64,000 nucleotides of DNA. Source: Eledone cirrhosa. Lineage: Eukaryota. Position numbers and translations under genes: made by a program. The stretch spans positions 25,062 to 89,061 of the forward strand of contig CAXHJY010000795.1 in the NCBI GenBank assembly GCA_964016885.1. The letters run 5' to 3'. This document shows positions 1-12,980 of this stretch, piece by piece; positions within the stretch are counted from its first letter, which is position 1; every line of letters begins with the position of its first letter. The notes beneath the pieces are model-generated. The model saw only the letters and a program-made list of their open reading frames with translations. It was not told where the DNA came from and ran no database searches.

Positions 1-54
1 CATCAGCCATTTTCCGTCTGACACACCACTTCAATGGAGCCATGCTGGGTTTGG

Positions 55-1020
55 TATCTCACACATCTGTTCACACTCCCGAGTATGTACCCACATATAC
101 ACACACACAAATACACCCACACATATACACACACACAGGCACACACATGCATGCATACACATATGTACGCACACATGTGTAGACACACACATACCCCCAT
201 GCACATATATACACACACACTCTCCCTCTCTTACACATACCCAAACACACCCACACCCACATACCAACCACCACATGCCTATTGTCGCCTGCCTATACAA
301 CCCCTTACACAAACACTCTCAGATGCATACATCGACACACACACGCACATCCTTATGGATAGGCATCACAGACAGACACACTTCCAAAGACATAAGCACA
401 CATACACACACAGATACAGACCTGTATACATATCTACACACAAGTACATGTACCTGCATATAAACATATAGACAAACCCTGTCCTATGTGGGTGTACGTA
501 CACACCCACACACACACACCCCCCACTGACAGATACACACACCGTGGATATATATGTGTGTGTACATAGACACACACACATACATACGCATACACACATA
601 CACATATACATATATGTATGCTTATACATATATATATATACATATATATACACACATACACATACAAGCCCATATACACATATGTCTATATGTGTACACA
701 CACACACACATACACACACATAGACACACACATACGTACACACATATGCCTACGCATATCCATATATACATATACATATATATATACATACACATACATA
801 CATATATACACATCCATAGACATAAATACATACACGCACACATACACACATATATATAACTCTACATGCATACACATACCCACATATATATATACATATA
901 TATATACATATACATATATATATATACACATACGCACACGGACACCCACATGCACACACATGCACATATGGATATGTGCTTACACACACATGCTTACACA
1001 TATACACACATATATATATG
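55..1020. repeat. Degenerate (CA)n/(TA)n low-complexity tract
   Basis: Sequence is almost entirely CA/TA/CATA dinucleotide variants. Confidence 0.95.
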
Positions 1021-1221
1021 GATGAAATGTTACTATTTAAGACTAGTAAGACCATTATTCAACTTAGTACTCAATAGTAGTTGAGGAAAGTAGGGTGTAG
1101 ATATTATTATAGGATCTGCTACTCTACAGCCAAACTTAGCACTTTTCAAGTACAAATGTTTGTTATTGAAACAGTTTAAGCTTGGCTGTACAGTAATAAA
1201 TCCTATTATATATATATATAT

Positions 1222-1563
1222 GGAGGCACATGGCTTAGTGGTTAGAGCATTGGCCTTGCAATCGAAAGGTTGTGAGTTCAATTCTCAGACTGGGTGATGT
1301 GTTGTTTCCTTGAGCAAGACACTTTATTTCACATTGCTCCAGTTTACTCAGCTGTAGAAATGAGATGATAGGGACTGGGGTCCCTATCATTCCACTGCAA
1401 AGTAGTCGTGGAGGTGCCATGGCAAAAAAGCACCCATCACTCACTGTAAAGGAGGTTGGTGTTAGGAAGGGCATCCAGCTGTAGAAATCAAGCCAGAATC
1501 AGTTCCCGTCCCACCCTTGCAAGCAGGGAAAAAGCGGACGTAAAATGAAATGATGAAATGATG

Positions 1564-1565
<2 letters not shown>
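1222..1565 (+). mobile_element. tRNA-derived SINE, family A (CORE-like body, RTE-derived 3' tail)
   Basis: A-box-like TGGCTTAGTGG and B-box-like GAGTTCAATTC, then CCTTGAGCAAGACACTT. 3' end CGTCCCACCCTTGCAAGCAGGGAAAAAGCGGACGTAAAATGA followed by (GAT)n, flanked by (TA)n. Near-identical reverse copies at 12648, 21385 and 29960. Confidence 0.9.
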
Positions 1566-1594
<29 letters not shown>

Positions 1595-2078
1595 GTTGCT
1601 TATAATCGGCAGATAACATTCTGGGATGACTTTAGATTTGTTAACAAAAAATCATATTTTCTTATATATGCATATATATGTATATACACTCACACACACA
1701 TGTATATGTATGCACACTGATACATAATATACATACATGAGATTGTGTGTGTATGTATCTATATATATTTATAATGGAGTAGTAGAGTGGGATATTTCTG
1801 TATTTCTCTACATTCCCCCATTAATAGAAATCATAATTAGGAAAAAATATATGAAGCAATACCAATATATAGATAATAAAAGATTGACTGATAATATGAG
1901 GGGGAGAGGAGGAGTTAGCAGCCTGCATCTTGGAGAAAGGCAAAATAGCATATGGTGATTATTTAGAAGAAACCATGTCTGGCTTGAACTCCAAAATTCC
2001 TTCTCTTTACATATATATATACACATATACATATATATATATGCACACACATATATATAGATATAGATATATATATAT

Positions 2079-2114
<36 letters not shown>

Positions 2115-3129
2115 ATGTGTGTTTTGGCCTCGTCTGCTTGTGACAGTTACTTCAAAGGTAGCGACTTGCATCCATTTTCTAACTATGGCTACCACTCAAC
2201 ATGTGAAGGTAGAAGAGGAAGAAAACTCAAAGGAAATAAGAAAAAAATGTTAGATTTGCAGCAAGGATGGCTATCTTTTCTTTATTTATGATTCTGAGGA
2301 TATGCTTGGAAGAAATCTTTACATTTTCTTTTTTTTTTTTTTTGCTTCTTCTCTCTCTCAAAAAAAAAAACATTCTTTGTAGCCATTTCCTCTTTTGTTA
2401 CATTTTTCATATATTTTTTTCTACTTCCTATTTTTTTTTTCTTTTTCCCTTGAAACATTTCCTTTGATGAGATAAAAATTACATATCTTTGGTGCCGTGT
2501 ATTGCAAAAAAAAAAAAAACCAACAAAAAAAGAGAAAAAAAGGAGATAAGAAATTTGTTGCCTTAGATATGTGGTGGCATTGTGGTTAGTTGTTAAAGGT
2601 TTTGAGCTTGGGCTTTCAATTACAAAGTTATGAGTTCAATCTTTATAATTTCTGCCTAGAGTTGTGACCGTTTGATTCTATCAGGAATGGAAACATAGTT
2701 TCCTTGGTCTGATCTAAGAAATTGGCTCCTTTCCCTTTGATTTTTTTTGTGGGGGGTTTCATTTGTTTGTTTTTTGTAACTGCCATTATTATATTCCTAG
2801 GCAAGGCACACATATATAACTTAGATTTGTCTGTTGATGTCTTTTCCTGGGTTGATAATAAAGATCCATACAGTTGATTGCTTAGCTATAGAAAAGTCAC
2901 CCAATCGTAAAAAAATATGTATATTTCTTTTGTAGCAATATGAATATTTGCAAAAAAAACAAAACAAAAGGAAACAAAACAGTATCTCCCAAGTATGTTA
3001 CCATAGAAACACAAACGTAACACAGTAGAAAATGAAAGATGAGGGAGAACAAAAAACTAACGCAATCTGATTCTTTAGTTTGGACTTTGTGATTGGGTTT
3101 TTTTTTTTTTTTTGCATTTTATTATTCTA

Positions 3130-3660
3130 TTATCACTGGACAGATGTAACTGGAATGATATCAACGGAATGTTATCACTGGACTGATATCCATGAAATGA
3201 TATCACTGGAATGTTATCATTGGAATTATATCAATGAACTGATATTATTGGACTGGTATCAATGGAATATCAATGAAATGATATCCTTTGACTGGTGTCA
3301 GTGGATTGATACCAATGGAATATCAATGAAATAATATCCTTGGACTGGTGTCAGTGGATTGATATCCTTGGAATGATATCATTAGAATGTTATCATTGGA
3401 ATTATATCAATGAACTGATATTACTGGACTGATATCAATGGAATATCAATGAAATGATATCCTTTGATTGGTGTCAGTGGATTGATATTAATGAAATGAT
3501 ATCCTTGGACTGGTGTCAGAGGATTGATATCCTTGGAATGATATCACTGGAAGGTGATCATTGGAATATTATCAATGAACTGATATTACTAGACTGATAT
3601 CACTCTATTGATATCAGTGGAATGATATCAATGGAATGATATCACTAGAATCATATCACA
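3130..3660. repeat. 14-bp minisatellite (consensus ~TGATATCACTGGAA) with a higher-order period of ~165-176 bp
   Basis: About 38 diverged 14-mers. The block GTTATCATTGGAATTATATCAATGAACTGATATTA occurs at ~3213 and ~3389, with a variant at ~3554. Confidence 0.85.
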
Positions 3661-4094
3661 GCAATGACATGACTATACTTTACTTAACCCTTTTATCACT
3701 ATATTTATAATGAAAAACACTTTCTAAGATTTTCAAATCATTTTGAAAAGAAGCAAGAATTTTCCAAGGGCATTAAGCAATTTTTTTTTTTTTAAACATA
3801 TTTTCCATGTTGATCATCATAATCATCTGCATCATCACCATCATTATCTGCATCATCATCATCATCTGCATCATCATCATTATCATCTGCATCAGCAGCT
3901 GCAGTTAGAGTAAGTGATGTGTCATCTGTAGAAGTAGTATGTTAGCTGCAATAGTTGCAGCAGCAGTAATAATGACATCAGATGCAGATGTAGATGCAGC
4001 TGCTGGGGAAAATAGATTAACACTATGAAGACCACAAGAATGAATATTGATAATGTAATAAATACAGAATAAAAACTGAGAAAAGTTCACTTTA

Positions 4095-4288
4095 TCTGGC
4101 CTGAAAAGTTCCTAAGCTGACTATCGAGTGATGCTAAAGCTGTGAAATCTTGCATGCATTAATTTCAACTCTTCCTATTAATAACTGCATTGTTTGTTTT
4201 CAGGAATTATGTTGGAAAATGAATTTCATTTAGTCATTCCATGAGAGTGTCTTGATCAGTATATGAGTTTTTCAGTTGACCCTCAGAT
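4095..4288. mobile_element. Mariner-type MITE (family M1)
   Basis: CTGAAAAGTTCCTAAGCTGAC ... TTTTTCAGTTGACCCTCA. Same interior as copies at 5488, 7853, 31172, 45333 and 47146. Confidence 0.75.
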
Positions 4289-4289
4289 A

Positions 4290-5222
4290 TCATCATCATC
4301 ATCATTTTACGTCCGCTTTTCCCTGCTAGCAAAGGTGGGACGGGTCTTATACAGCACACCATCTCTCCACTTGTCACGGTCCTTCGTCATCTCCACCGTG
4401 AGCTTCAGCGATCTAAGGTCTGTTCTCGCCACCTCCGCCCATGTTTTTCGTGGTCTACCTCTACCACGTCTTCCTTCAACTGGCATTTCCTGGCATTTCT
4501 TCACCCATCGGTCATCCTCCATGCGCATCACATGTCCATACCACCTCAATCTCCTCTCTCACACACTACATTCTATCCCTCTCAGACACAGTTTCTCTCT
4601 CAACACATTCATGCTGGGTCGTTCACACACATTGACATTGCACATCCAACGGAGCATGCTTGCCTCATTTCTCTCCAGCCGTCGCATATCCTCTGCAGTT
4701 GTTGCCCATGTCTCACTACCATGCAGCATCGCACTCCTCACACAGGCATCATATAACCGGCCTTTCGTACGCAGAGAGAAACCCTTCTTCATCAGCAGAG
4801 GAAGCAGCTCCCTAAACTTCTTCCAACCCATCCTTATTCTAGATACTATGGCCTCAGAACACCCCCCTCCCATGCTAATCTGATCTCCTAGGTACCGGAA
4901 GCTATCCACCACTTCTATAGTACCTGCCTGCATTTGAAAAATGTGTCTATCAATGCAACTTCTACTGTCTAATTTCCCTGTACATCTTCTGCATACGTAT
5001 TTCTCCCTACCTGTTATTTTGCCTGCTATCCCACTACATCCCTTGTGTGCCCAGTATCTGCATTGTGTGCATTTTATAGAATTTATGCCAGTTCCTTTTC
5101 TGCATATCGAACATGGCCATTTCCCTGACGGAATCAGAGTTTTGTCCTCTTTTCTACTCATCAACACTTTTGTCTTAGCTATGTTCACTCTCAGTCTTCT
5201 TGCTTCCAACTGTTGTTTCCAT
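4290..5222 (-). mobile_element. 5'-truncated RTE-clade LINE, subfamily with no 3' UTR
   Basis: ORFs 4559-5254 and 4307-4549 encode the RT C-terminal part (KTKVL, EVVDSFRYLG, LHGSETW, RWYGHVMR, GRGRPRKTW). The ORF runs directly into a (GAT)n tail. Confidence 0.92.
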
Positions 5223-5224
5223 AG

Positions 5225-5392
5225 CCAGTGGGTGTGATAAGATAGGTGGACCATAATGCACCAGAGTACTCAATACTTAGGGCAGTAGAGTGGGTAATAT
5301 GAAAAGAGTCAGGACGCTGATGGCTGAGCTCTGTTCGGATCTAGCTGTCGAAACAGCCGGAGCCCAGCCGTCAGGTCCTGACTCTTTTCATA
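5225..5392. mobile_element. Fold-back Penelope-like pLTR remnant (family P1)
   Basis: Inverted arms ATATGAAAAGAGTCAGGAC / GTCCTGACTCTTTTCATAT around GTCGAAACAGC..GCCGTC. Shares the GAGTACTCAATACTTAGGG body with 21118, 29752 and 35012. Confidence 0.6.
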
Positions 5393-5408
5393 TATATATA
5401 TATATATA

Positions 5409-5486
5409 TAGGGTGTCCTCAAAAATGTATACACATTTCTATTAGGATTATGTTGAAGTGTGTATATATCTTTGGGGACACTATAT
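5409..5486. mobile_element. ~80-bp Tc1/mariner-type MITE
   Basis: TIRs AGGGTGTCCTCAAAAATGTATACAC / GTGTATATATCTTTGGGGACACT, with TA flanks. Confidence 0.65.
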
Positions 5487-5487
5487 A

Positions 5488-5692
5488 TATGAGGGTGGGC
5501 TGAAAAGTTTATAGGAGTGATGCTTGAACTGTGAAATCTTGCATGCATTAATTTCAAACTCTTCTTATTAATAAATGCATTGTTTCTTTCCAGGGACTAT
5601 GCTGAAAAGGAAACTTCATTTGGTCATTCCATGAAAGTATTTTGGTCAGCCTTTGAACTTTTCAGCCTATAAACTTTTCAGTCAACCCTCAT
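5488..5692. mobile_element. Mariner-type MITE (family M1)
   Basis: TIRs TATGAGGGTGGGCTGAAAAGTTTATAGG / CCTATAAACTTTTCAGTCAACCCTCATA. Confidence 0.85.
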
Positions 5693-6219
5693 AGTTGTAG
5701 GCATAGCTTTGTGGTTAATGAGTTCACTTCACAATCATGTGGTCTAGGGTTCTATACTAATGTGGGGCACCTTGGGCAAGGAAGGGTTTTGTTGAGAAGA
5801 TGGGGTGATAGTGGGGGTTCCACAATGGAACTATTAACAGGATGTCACTTTTTTTAAAGTAGTGGTTTCCCAAAGTAAGTTCTGCAAAACTAAATTTAAT
5901 GCTAAAGGTACATATGTTTGTGGAATACATGGTTATTTACACATTAATTTCCCAGGCAGTTCCTTGTAAATAACCAGAACACATGTTGGTATAACCAACA
6001 AAGGTCTTTTTGTTTCTCCAAAATGGCTGACTGAATACTTTTCTATCCATTTCTTCCTCTTCTCACTCTCTACTTTTATTTCTCATTCTATCTTCTGGTG
6101 AATGACTAGTGTCTGAAACATAAAGATACTTTTCCTACTTTATCAAGTGTTAAACCAATATATTTCTTTGTTGTACTGTGTTGTTTTCTTTGTTGTTTTT
6201 GTTTAATTTTTGCATATAT

Positions 6220-6381
6220 ATCATATTTCCTGGTGCCGAAGATGCTTCTCCCTCGAGGACACACCCTAATTTGACAACTAAAAATTTGAAAAAAAGTAAT
6301 AAAGAACCTTCAGCCTCCAGGACGCATGGTAAATTTTTGAGACTTATTTTAGGAAAAAAGTAGCATCTTTGATGCCGGGAA

Positions 6382-6388
<7 letters not shown>
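6220..6388. mobile_element. pogo/Tc-like MITE
   Basis: Imperfect TIRs TATTTCCTGGTGCCGAAGATGCT / AGCATCTTTGATGCCGGGAAATA. A related decayed element lies at ~6652-6810. Confidence 0.6.
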
Positions 6389-6413
<25 letters not shown>

Positions 6414-6893
6414 ATCACTTGAGAAGGTGTGTGGCTTAGTGGTTAGGGTGTTTGGCTCATGATCATAAAGATCTGAGATCAATTCTTAGCAACAACATAT
6501 GCACACGGGTGTTTGTGGAATATTCAGCCACTTACACAGCACATTAATTTCACAAGCAGCTTGTTCTGTTGGTCAAACAACTAGAGCATTTGTTGTCAGA
6601 ATCAACAGATTCCCAACACACATACATATCACATTGAATATTTAGTTTATTACTGTATTTTTCAGTTTCAGATGCACTTTCGACCCCCCCCCCCTCAAAA
6701 ATAAATAAATGTCAAAATTTTCCTGTCCTATACACTGCATAAAAAATACTTCAATCATTTTCCCCAAACATTTTTCTCTAAAGTATGGATGCATTCTGAA
6801 AAATAGTGTATTTCTCTGGTATGAATTGTATAAATTTGGAATTTCATTAGCTTTTGTTGCAGAGGTGTTTGATGATATTTTCATATAGTTGAT

Positions 6894-7522
6894 TAACCCA
6901 TTTGTTACTGATCTTGGTTCTATGATATAAAGTTGCTTCCCTTAAAGTGTATATAATTATCTAAAAACCTTCCATGATAGGTTTATGTAAGTATCTTTAT
7001 TATGTTCCAAATATCAGCTTAGTAATGAGAAATTTAGCTATATTACTCATCATCATCATTGCGACCTCAGTGGAACATTCATGACAAAGCCTTTCCACAA
7101 TTCACGATTTACCATTGCTCCTGGCAACTGCTCCCTACTGGAGTTTGTATTGTTTGAGAATTGATAGATGAATGTTCAAGCAGGTCTTCCTCTATTGTGT
7201 TTCCTGTGAATTGGTTCCCACGATAGAAAGATAATCATTGCAACTACAGTTGAACATTCCTGATAAAGTCTCCCCATAATTCATGATTTTCCATTGCTCC
7301 TGGTAACTACTCCATACTGAGGTTTGTATTGTCTGAGAGTTGATCATTGAAATTTCAAGCAGGTCTTCCTCTACTGCATCTCCTGTAAGTAAGTTCCCAC
7401 AATAGTAACTTGTGTATAACTTGCTATATTACTAAATCCTTCCAAATTATTGGTTATTTTCAAAATGATTTGAAAATCTTAGGCAACATCTTTCATGAGA
7501 AATATGGTAATGAAAGGGTTAA
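6894..7522. mobile_element. TTAA-flanked MITE (TTAACCC...GGGTTAA, piggyBac-like ends) carrying a nested RTE fragment
   Basis: Ends TTAACCCATTTGTTAC / GTAATGAAAGGGTTAA. Related copies at 33759-34033, 34088-34469 and 46680-47380. Confidence 0.6.
7048..7405 (-). mobile_element. Old RTE-type LINE 3' end, tandemly duplicated (~180-bp unit)
   Basis: Minus strand reads ~WEPIHRKHNRGRPA..QLPGAMVNRELWK, then (GAT)n. A second diverged copy is at ~7245-7405. Confidence 0.6.
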
Positions 7523-7852
7523 ATCTAAATTATCAAGAAAATACATTTAATTGCTAGTTTGAGACACTAACCAAAAGCAAGTTCCAACAGTGTAGATCTC
7601 TCAATCATACAATACTAATGCCTAAGGCCACAGTCTATGAATCTATGAATCCAGCTCTGTTTCATAATTGAAGAAAATATGTAGAAGCGGAAGGAAAAAC
7701 AGAAACACACAAGAAATTAATTATATCTAAAGTATAGCATATTTGTAGAGTATTTTGATACAGAAGTTTTAATCTATGTATAGAATAAGAATAGTTTGTA
7801 TAAGAAATAATTATAATCTTTAGGTTGAAGATAGATGAAATCTGATAAAATT

Positions 7853-8020
7853 ATAAGGGTCGGCTGAAAAGTTCATAAGCTGACCAAGATACTCTCATGG
7901 AATGACCAAATGAACTATATTTTTCAACATAGTAGCTGGAAAGAAACAATGCAGTTATTAATAAGAAGAGTTGAAATTAATGCATGTAAACTCTAACATC
8001 ACTCCTCCATAGTCAGCCTA
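7853..8020. mobile_element. Mariner-type MITE (family M1), partial
   Basis: TAAGGGTCGGCTGAAAAGTTCATAAGCTGACC start and the shared M1 interior. Confidence 0.75.
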
Positions 8021-9362
8021 TCCTCTAATCTATGTTCAGAAGTTCTAATCTATGGAATCCTTACTACTGTATTGAATAAGAATAGTTTGTATTAGAAACA
8101 ATTATAGCTTTTAGGTTGAAAATAGATAGAATATAATTTTATCAGATTTCTTTATTTTTTTACTAGTTTCACTCATTAGACTGCGGCCATGCAGGGGCAC
8201 TGCCTTTAATGAAATAGTCAATCATATCACCCCTGTACCTATTCTTTTATAGATTTTATTTGATCTCTGCTTGTTGAACTGCTAAGTTATGGGGGATGAA
8301 CAAATAGCAGACATTAATACACACAGATACAGACAACATCATCATCATTATCATTTAACATCCATTTTCTATGCTAGCAAGTGTTGGACATATTATCAAA
8401 GATGGATTAGTTCTGAAGCAGAGCTACTGATATCTCAGATGGGCCAGGGGACCACACATCTCTCTCTCTCTCTCGAGAGAGAGAGAGGGGATGGGCTGCT
8501 ACTAAATTTCTCTCACAAGACATTTGTCAGCCTGAGGTTATATTAGAAAACACTTGCCCAAGGTACCATACAGTTTCAATGAAACCCAAACCTTGGTATT
8601 GAGAAGTAATTTATTTAACAAAATTAGAAAGAACTTCATCATTATTTAATGTCTCTTTTCTCTGTTAGCAAGGTTTGGATGTTTTCCTATCCTCACCCCA
8701 CAAGCATTATGGTTTTAATTAGCTTTGTGGTTCATCAGTACATTAACACTTTTTATACCAACCTACCTGAAACTGCATGTTTTTTAAAAAATTATTTTTA
8801 CACAAAACAGCACATTTAAAAAACCCTCCATCATAATTTTATACCACAACATTTTATGTTCCAAACATTAGCTTAATAATGATTTGAATATCATAGGCAG
8901 CAGAGTCTTTCATTAGAAATTTGGTAATAAAAGTGTTAAAGTATATTTATCTAAAAACATTCCATCATAATTCTACACCAGTCCATTGCAGGGTCAAACG
9001 CCCATCTACTGCTGCTGGTACTCATTTTCAGCTGAGTATACTGAAGAAACATCAAATGGTTTGGCTCAAGGACACAACACACAACCCATTCCTAGAGTCA
9101 AACCCACGACATTATAATAGTAAGTTTAACACCCTTACCATTAGGCCATGTTTAGTACTAGTATTAAACCGGTACTTTATTTTTTAACCTTCAAAGAATG
9201 AAAGGCAAAATTGACCTCATTGGGATTTGAACTTAGGGAGTTCAGATCTGGAACAAATACCATAAAGCCATTTTAATCTGAATTTATTACTTTTCTAGTT
9301 GGCTGTCCCATTAAACTTTACTACATCTATATACTGTAATTTTTATTTTAGTTAGACATAAT

Positions 9363-9546
9363 TGTCTCTACTTTAGGCACAAGGCCAGCAATTACCCAGT
9401 GCATTACTGGTACTTTATTTTATCGACCCCGTAAGGATGAAAGGCAAAGTCAACCTCGGCGGGATTTGAACTCAGATCGTAAAGGGACGTAACTATGCTG
9501 GAAAGCATGGCGTCCGACCCTCTACCGATACTGCCAATCCACCGCC
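9363..9546 (-). mobile_element. tRNA-derived SINE, family B (Meta-domain-like), with 16-bp TSD
   Basis: B-box GAGTTCAAATCCC and body GCCTTTCATCCTTACGGGGTCGATAAAATAAAGTACCAG. Direct repeat TTTAGTTAGACATAAT at 9347-9362 and 9547-9562. Confidence 0.9.
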
Positions 9547-10094
9547 TTTAGTTAGACATAATGAGTTATTGAAGCACCATCCTGTGTTGATTCTGATTTC
9601 TAAATGATCTCATTGTTTATAAAAGTTTGAGTGTTATGTTTCAGAAGTATTTACCTGGGGTGGGTGGCTAGATCCTATATCTTCATTATGATATATAATA
9701 TGGCATAACAGCTAATTAATAAGGATATATTTCTAATCTATAATTCATACTTTTAAAACACCTGCTACAAACTATATGAAAGACAATATTGTATATACTT
9801 TATACAATTGTAGATAAAAAAAAATGTCTTTTATGTTAAGTGGGTGTGTGTCATGAGCGAGGAAGTCCAAGAAAGATGTGGGCAGTGAGGGGGTGAAAAC
9901 CAGTCTCAAGAAACTATACCTCACAATTAATGGAAATGACAAAAGATTGAAGTGGAGTGGGGTTGTACTGGACAGAACACATCTAATATATGCCAGGATG
10001 GAAAAAGAATGGATGTAAAATTGATGATGATGATAATGGTGGTGGTGTTGGTGGTCAATTTTAGCCAAAAAATAAATAATAATGGATGTAAAAG

Positions 10095-10287
10095 CAATAA
10101 TTGTTTCTTCTTTTGGCACAAGGCCAGCAATTATCTCAGTGCATTACTGGTGCTTTATTTTATCGACCTCGTAAGGATGAAAGGCAAAGTTTACCTCAGT
10201 GGGATTTGAACTCAGACTGTAAAGGGGCGTAACTCTATGCTGCAATGCATGGCATCCGACCCTCTACCGGTACTGCCAATCCACTGC
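10095..10287 (-). mobile_element. SINE family B
   Basis: Aligns by eye to 9363-9546. Confidence 0.85.
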
Positions 10288-10689
10288 AATAATAATGATG
10301 GTGATGGTATCGGTGGTCAATCTTGGCCCCTAAAAAATGGATGTAAAAACGATGGCGATGATGGTATTGGTGGTCAATTTTAACAACAACAACAACAAAT
10401 TTACCTGTTAACAAAAAAAAAAAGTAACCACCTCCCCAACTCAGCCTATCACTGTTTCAAAATGTCTGACCTTCTAAACCTATTTATCTATGGTTGGTAG
10501 AAACTAAACATAAAATGGAACAAAAGGAATGATTTGTTTATTTGCTGCAATAACTGTGATATAGACTAAATGATAAATATAACATTTCCATTATTAATGA
10601 AATATCAATAAATATTTTCACAACATCATAATGGCAAATTATTTTATCAATACAATATATAGGAAGTTGTGAGAAACACATTTGTTTCA

Positions 10690-10712
10690 ATGTACATACA
10701 TATATGTATATA

Positions 10713-10757
<45 letters not shown>

Positions 10758-10774
10758 ATGTATATATATATGTG

Positions 10775-10837
<63 letters not shown>

Positions 10838-10998
10838 ATGTATATATATATATATGTGTATGTATATATATATGTGTATGTATATATATATGTGTATGTA
10901 TATATATGTGTATGTATATATATATATATGTGTATGTATATGTGTATGTATATGTATATATATATGTGTATGTATATATATGTGTATGTATATGTATA

Positions 10999-11047
<49 letters not shown>

Positions 11048-11285
11048 ATGTATATATGTGTGTGTATGCATATATATATGTGTGTGTGTGTGTGTGTGTA
11101 TGTATATATGTGTGTGTATGCATATATATATATGTGTGTGTGTGTGTATGCTTATATGTGTGTATATATATATATGTGTATGTGTGTGTGTATGTATGTA
11201 TATATATAGAGATGTGTGTGTGTATGTATATGTATATATATATATATGTGTACATACATATATGTGTGTATGTATATATATATAT
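10690..11285. repeat. (TA)n/(TG)n compound microsatellite
   Basis: Direct inspection. Similar tracts at 12313-12648, 13808-14172, 18258-18700, 20715-21118, 21760-22530, 23730-24130, 24625-24842 and 30625-30880. Confidence 0.95.
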
Positions 11286-11759
11286 CTTCACTTACCACCA
11301 AATTTTGAGCAAGAAAGATGGAAGAAAACTTACTCCAACATTTGATTTTAATTCTAAATCCTTAATTTTTAGTTTTTAACTCCTATTAATTCTTTTTAAT
11401 TTTTTTGTCAATACTCAACATTTGATAAGATGAATTTTAATAATACATCGAAACTGGTAATACCTTATATACTTTATATACATTATAAAACTTTTTTTTA
11501 AAAAGAATTGTCCCTCTCATTTTTTCAATAATGTCACTTTGACGAATGAAAAAAGAAAAACAGACCCTTAAAAATATTTTCCGTGCTATTTCCAACTTCA
11601 CCTTTTCTCTATATCCACTGTTTTGTATAGAACCTTACTTCCCGTTTCTAATATATTTGCAAGAGATGTCAACATGAATGGACCTGTTATTTTTATCTAA
11701 AGACATTTTTTCAAATTCCATCCCACCCGTCCCCCTCAATCTATCTTATTTCTCATTCT

Positions 11760-11869
11760 TTTTTCTGATAAAGGACTAGCGTCCGAAATGTTAAGTCGCT
11801 CTTCCTTCTATATCAAGCGTTAACCTAATATATCCCTTCCATATTGTGTTGTTATTTCTGTTTATCTTT

Positions 11870-11870
<1 letters not shown>
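11760..11870 (+). mobile_element. Penelope-like pLTR remnant with a degenerate minimal hammerhead motif
   Basis: CTGATAA-AGGAC-TAGC-GTCC-GAAATGTTAAGTC. Stem II pairs, but the core has G8>A. Confidence 0.45.
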
Positions 11871-11905
<35 letters not shown>

Positions 11906-12647
11906 CATACATATATATATATATGTATGTGTGTGTGTCTGTGTGTATATTTATAAATATATGTGTATGTATATCATCATCATCATTTAATGTCTATATC
12001 CATGCTAGCATGGGTAGTAAGCACTGTCCCTCTCTCAGAGAACAGGTTGCATGACCATGTTTTGCTCACACAGAACTGATTTTGGATTGGATTCTATGGC
12101 TGGAAGCCCTTCCTAACACCAACCACATCGAGCATTATAATAAATGTTTGGTGAATCCATACGTACATATATATATATGTGTGCATGTATGTATATATAT
12201 ATACATACTACTGCACGTCTGTATACATATATGTGTGTACGTATACATACTTATATTTAAGTAACAGCCGTACTAAGAGTGGGAAATGAAATTTCGTTTC
12301 ATTTTTTCCGTTTATATATATATGTATATACATGTATATATATACATATATATATACATGTATATACATATATATATATATACATGTATATACATATATA
12401 TATATAAACATGTATATCCATATATATATATATACATGTATATACATATATATATATACATATATGTATATACAATAAATTATATATACATGTATATACA
12501 TATATGTATATATATGTATATTTATATATGTATATACATGTACATGTATATATATATATATGTATATACATGTATATACTTATGTATATACATGTATATA
12601 TATATGGATATATATATATATATATGTATATACGTGTATATATATAT

Positions 12648-12980
12648 ATCATCATTCATCATTATCATTTCATTTAACGTCCGCTTTTCCCTGCTTACAA
12701 GGGTGGGACGGGAACTGATTCTGGCTTGATTTCTACAGCTGGATGCCCTTCCTAACACCAACCTCATTTACAGTGAGTGCTGGGTGCTTTTTTGCCGTGG
12801 CACCTTCACGACCACTTTGCAGTGGAATGATATGGACCCCAGTCCCTATCATCTCATTTCTACAGCAATGTGAAATAAAGCGTTTTGCTCAAGGAAACAA
12901 CACATCTCCCGGTCTGAGAATTGATCTCACAACCTTTCGATTGCAAGGCCAATGCTCTAACCACTAAGCCATGTGCCTCC
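12648..12980 (-). mobile_element. SINE family A
   Basis: Reverse complement of 1222-1565 with a small internal deletion. Confidence 0.9.

Noticed and set aside
1222-1295. tRNA gene
   Set aside because: A/B boxes are present, but the sequence continues into a SINE body and recurs as dispersed copies. No complete cloverleaf was seen.
3080-3334. Trp-rich 84-aa ORF
   Set aside because: It is a translation of the 14-bp minisatellite, whose period is not a multiple of three.
4263-4883. Plus-strand 206-aa ORF (and similar ORFs at 39407, 56077-57537, 60387-62316)
   Set aside because: These are antisense shadows of RTE ORF2.
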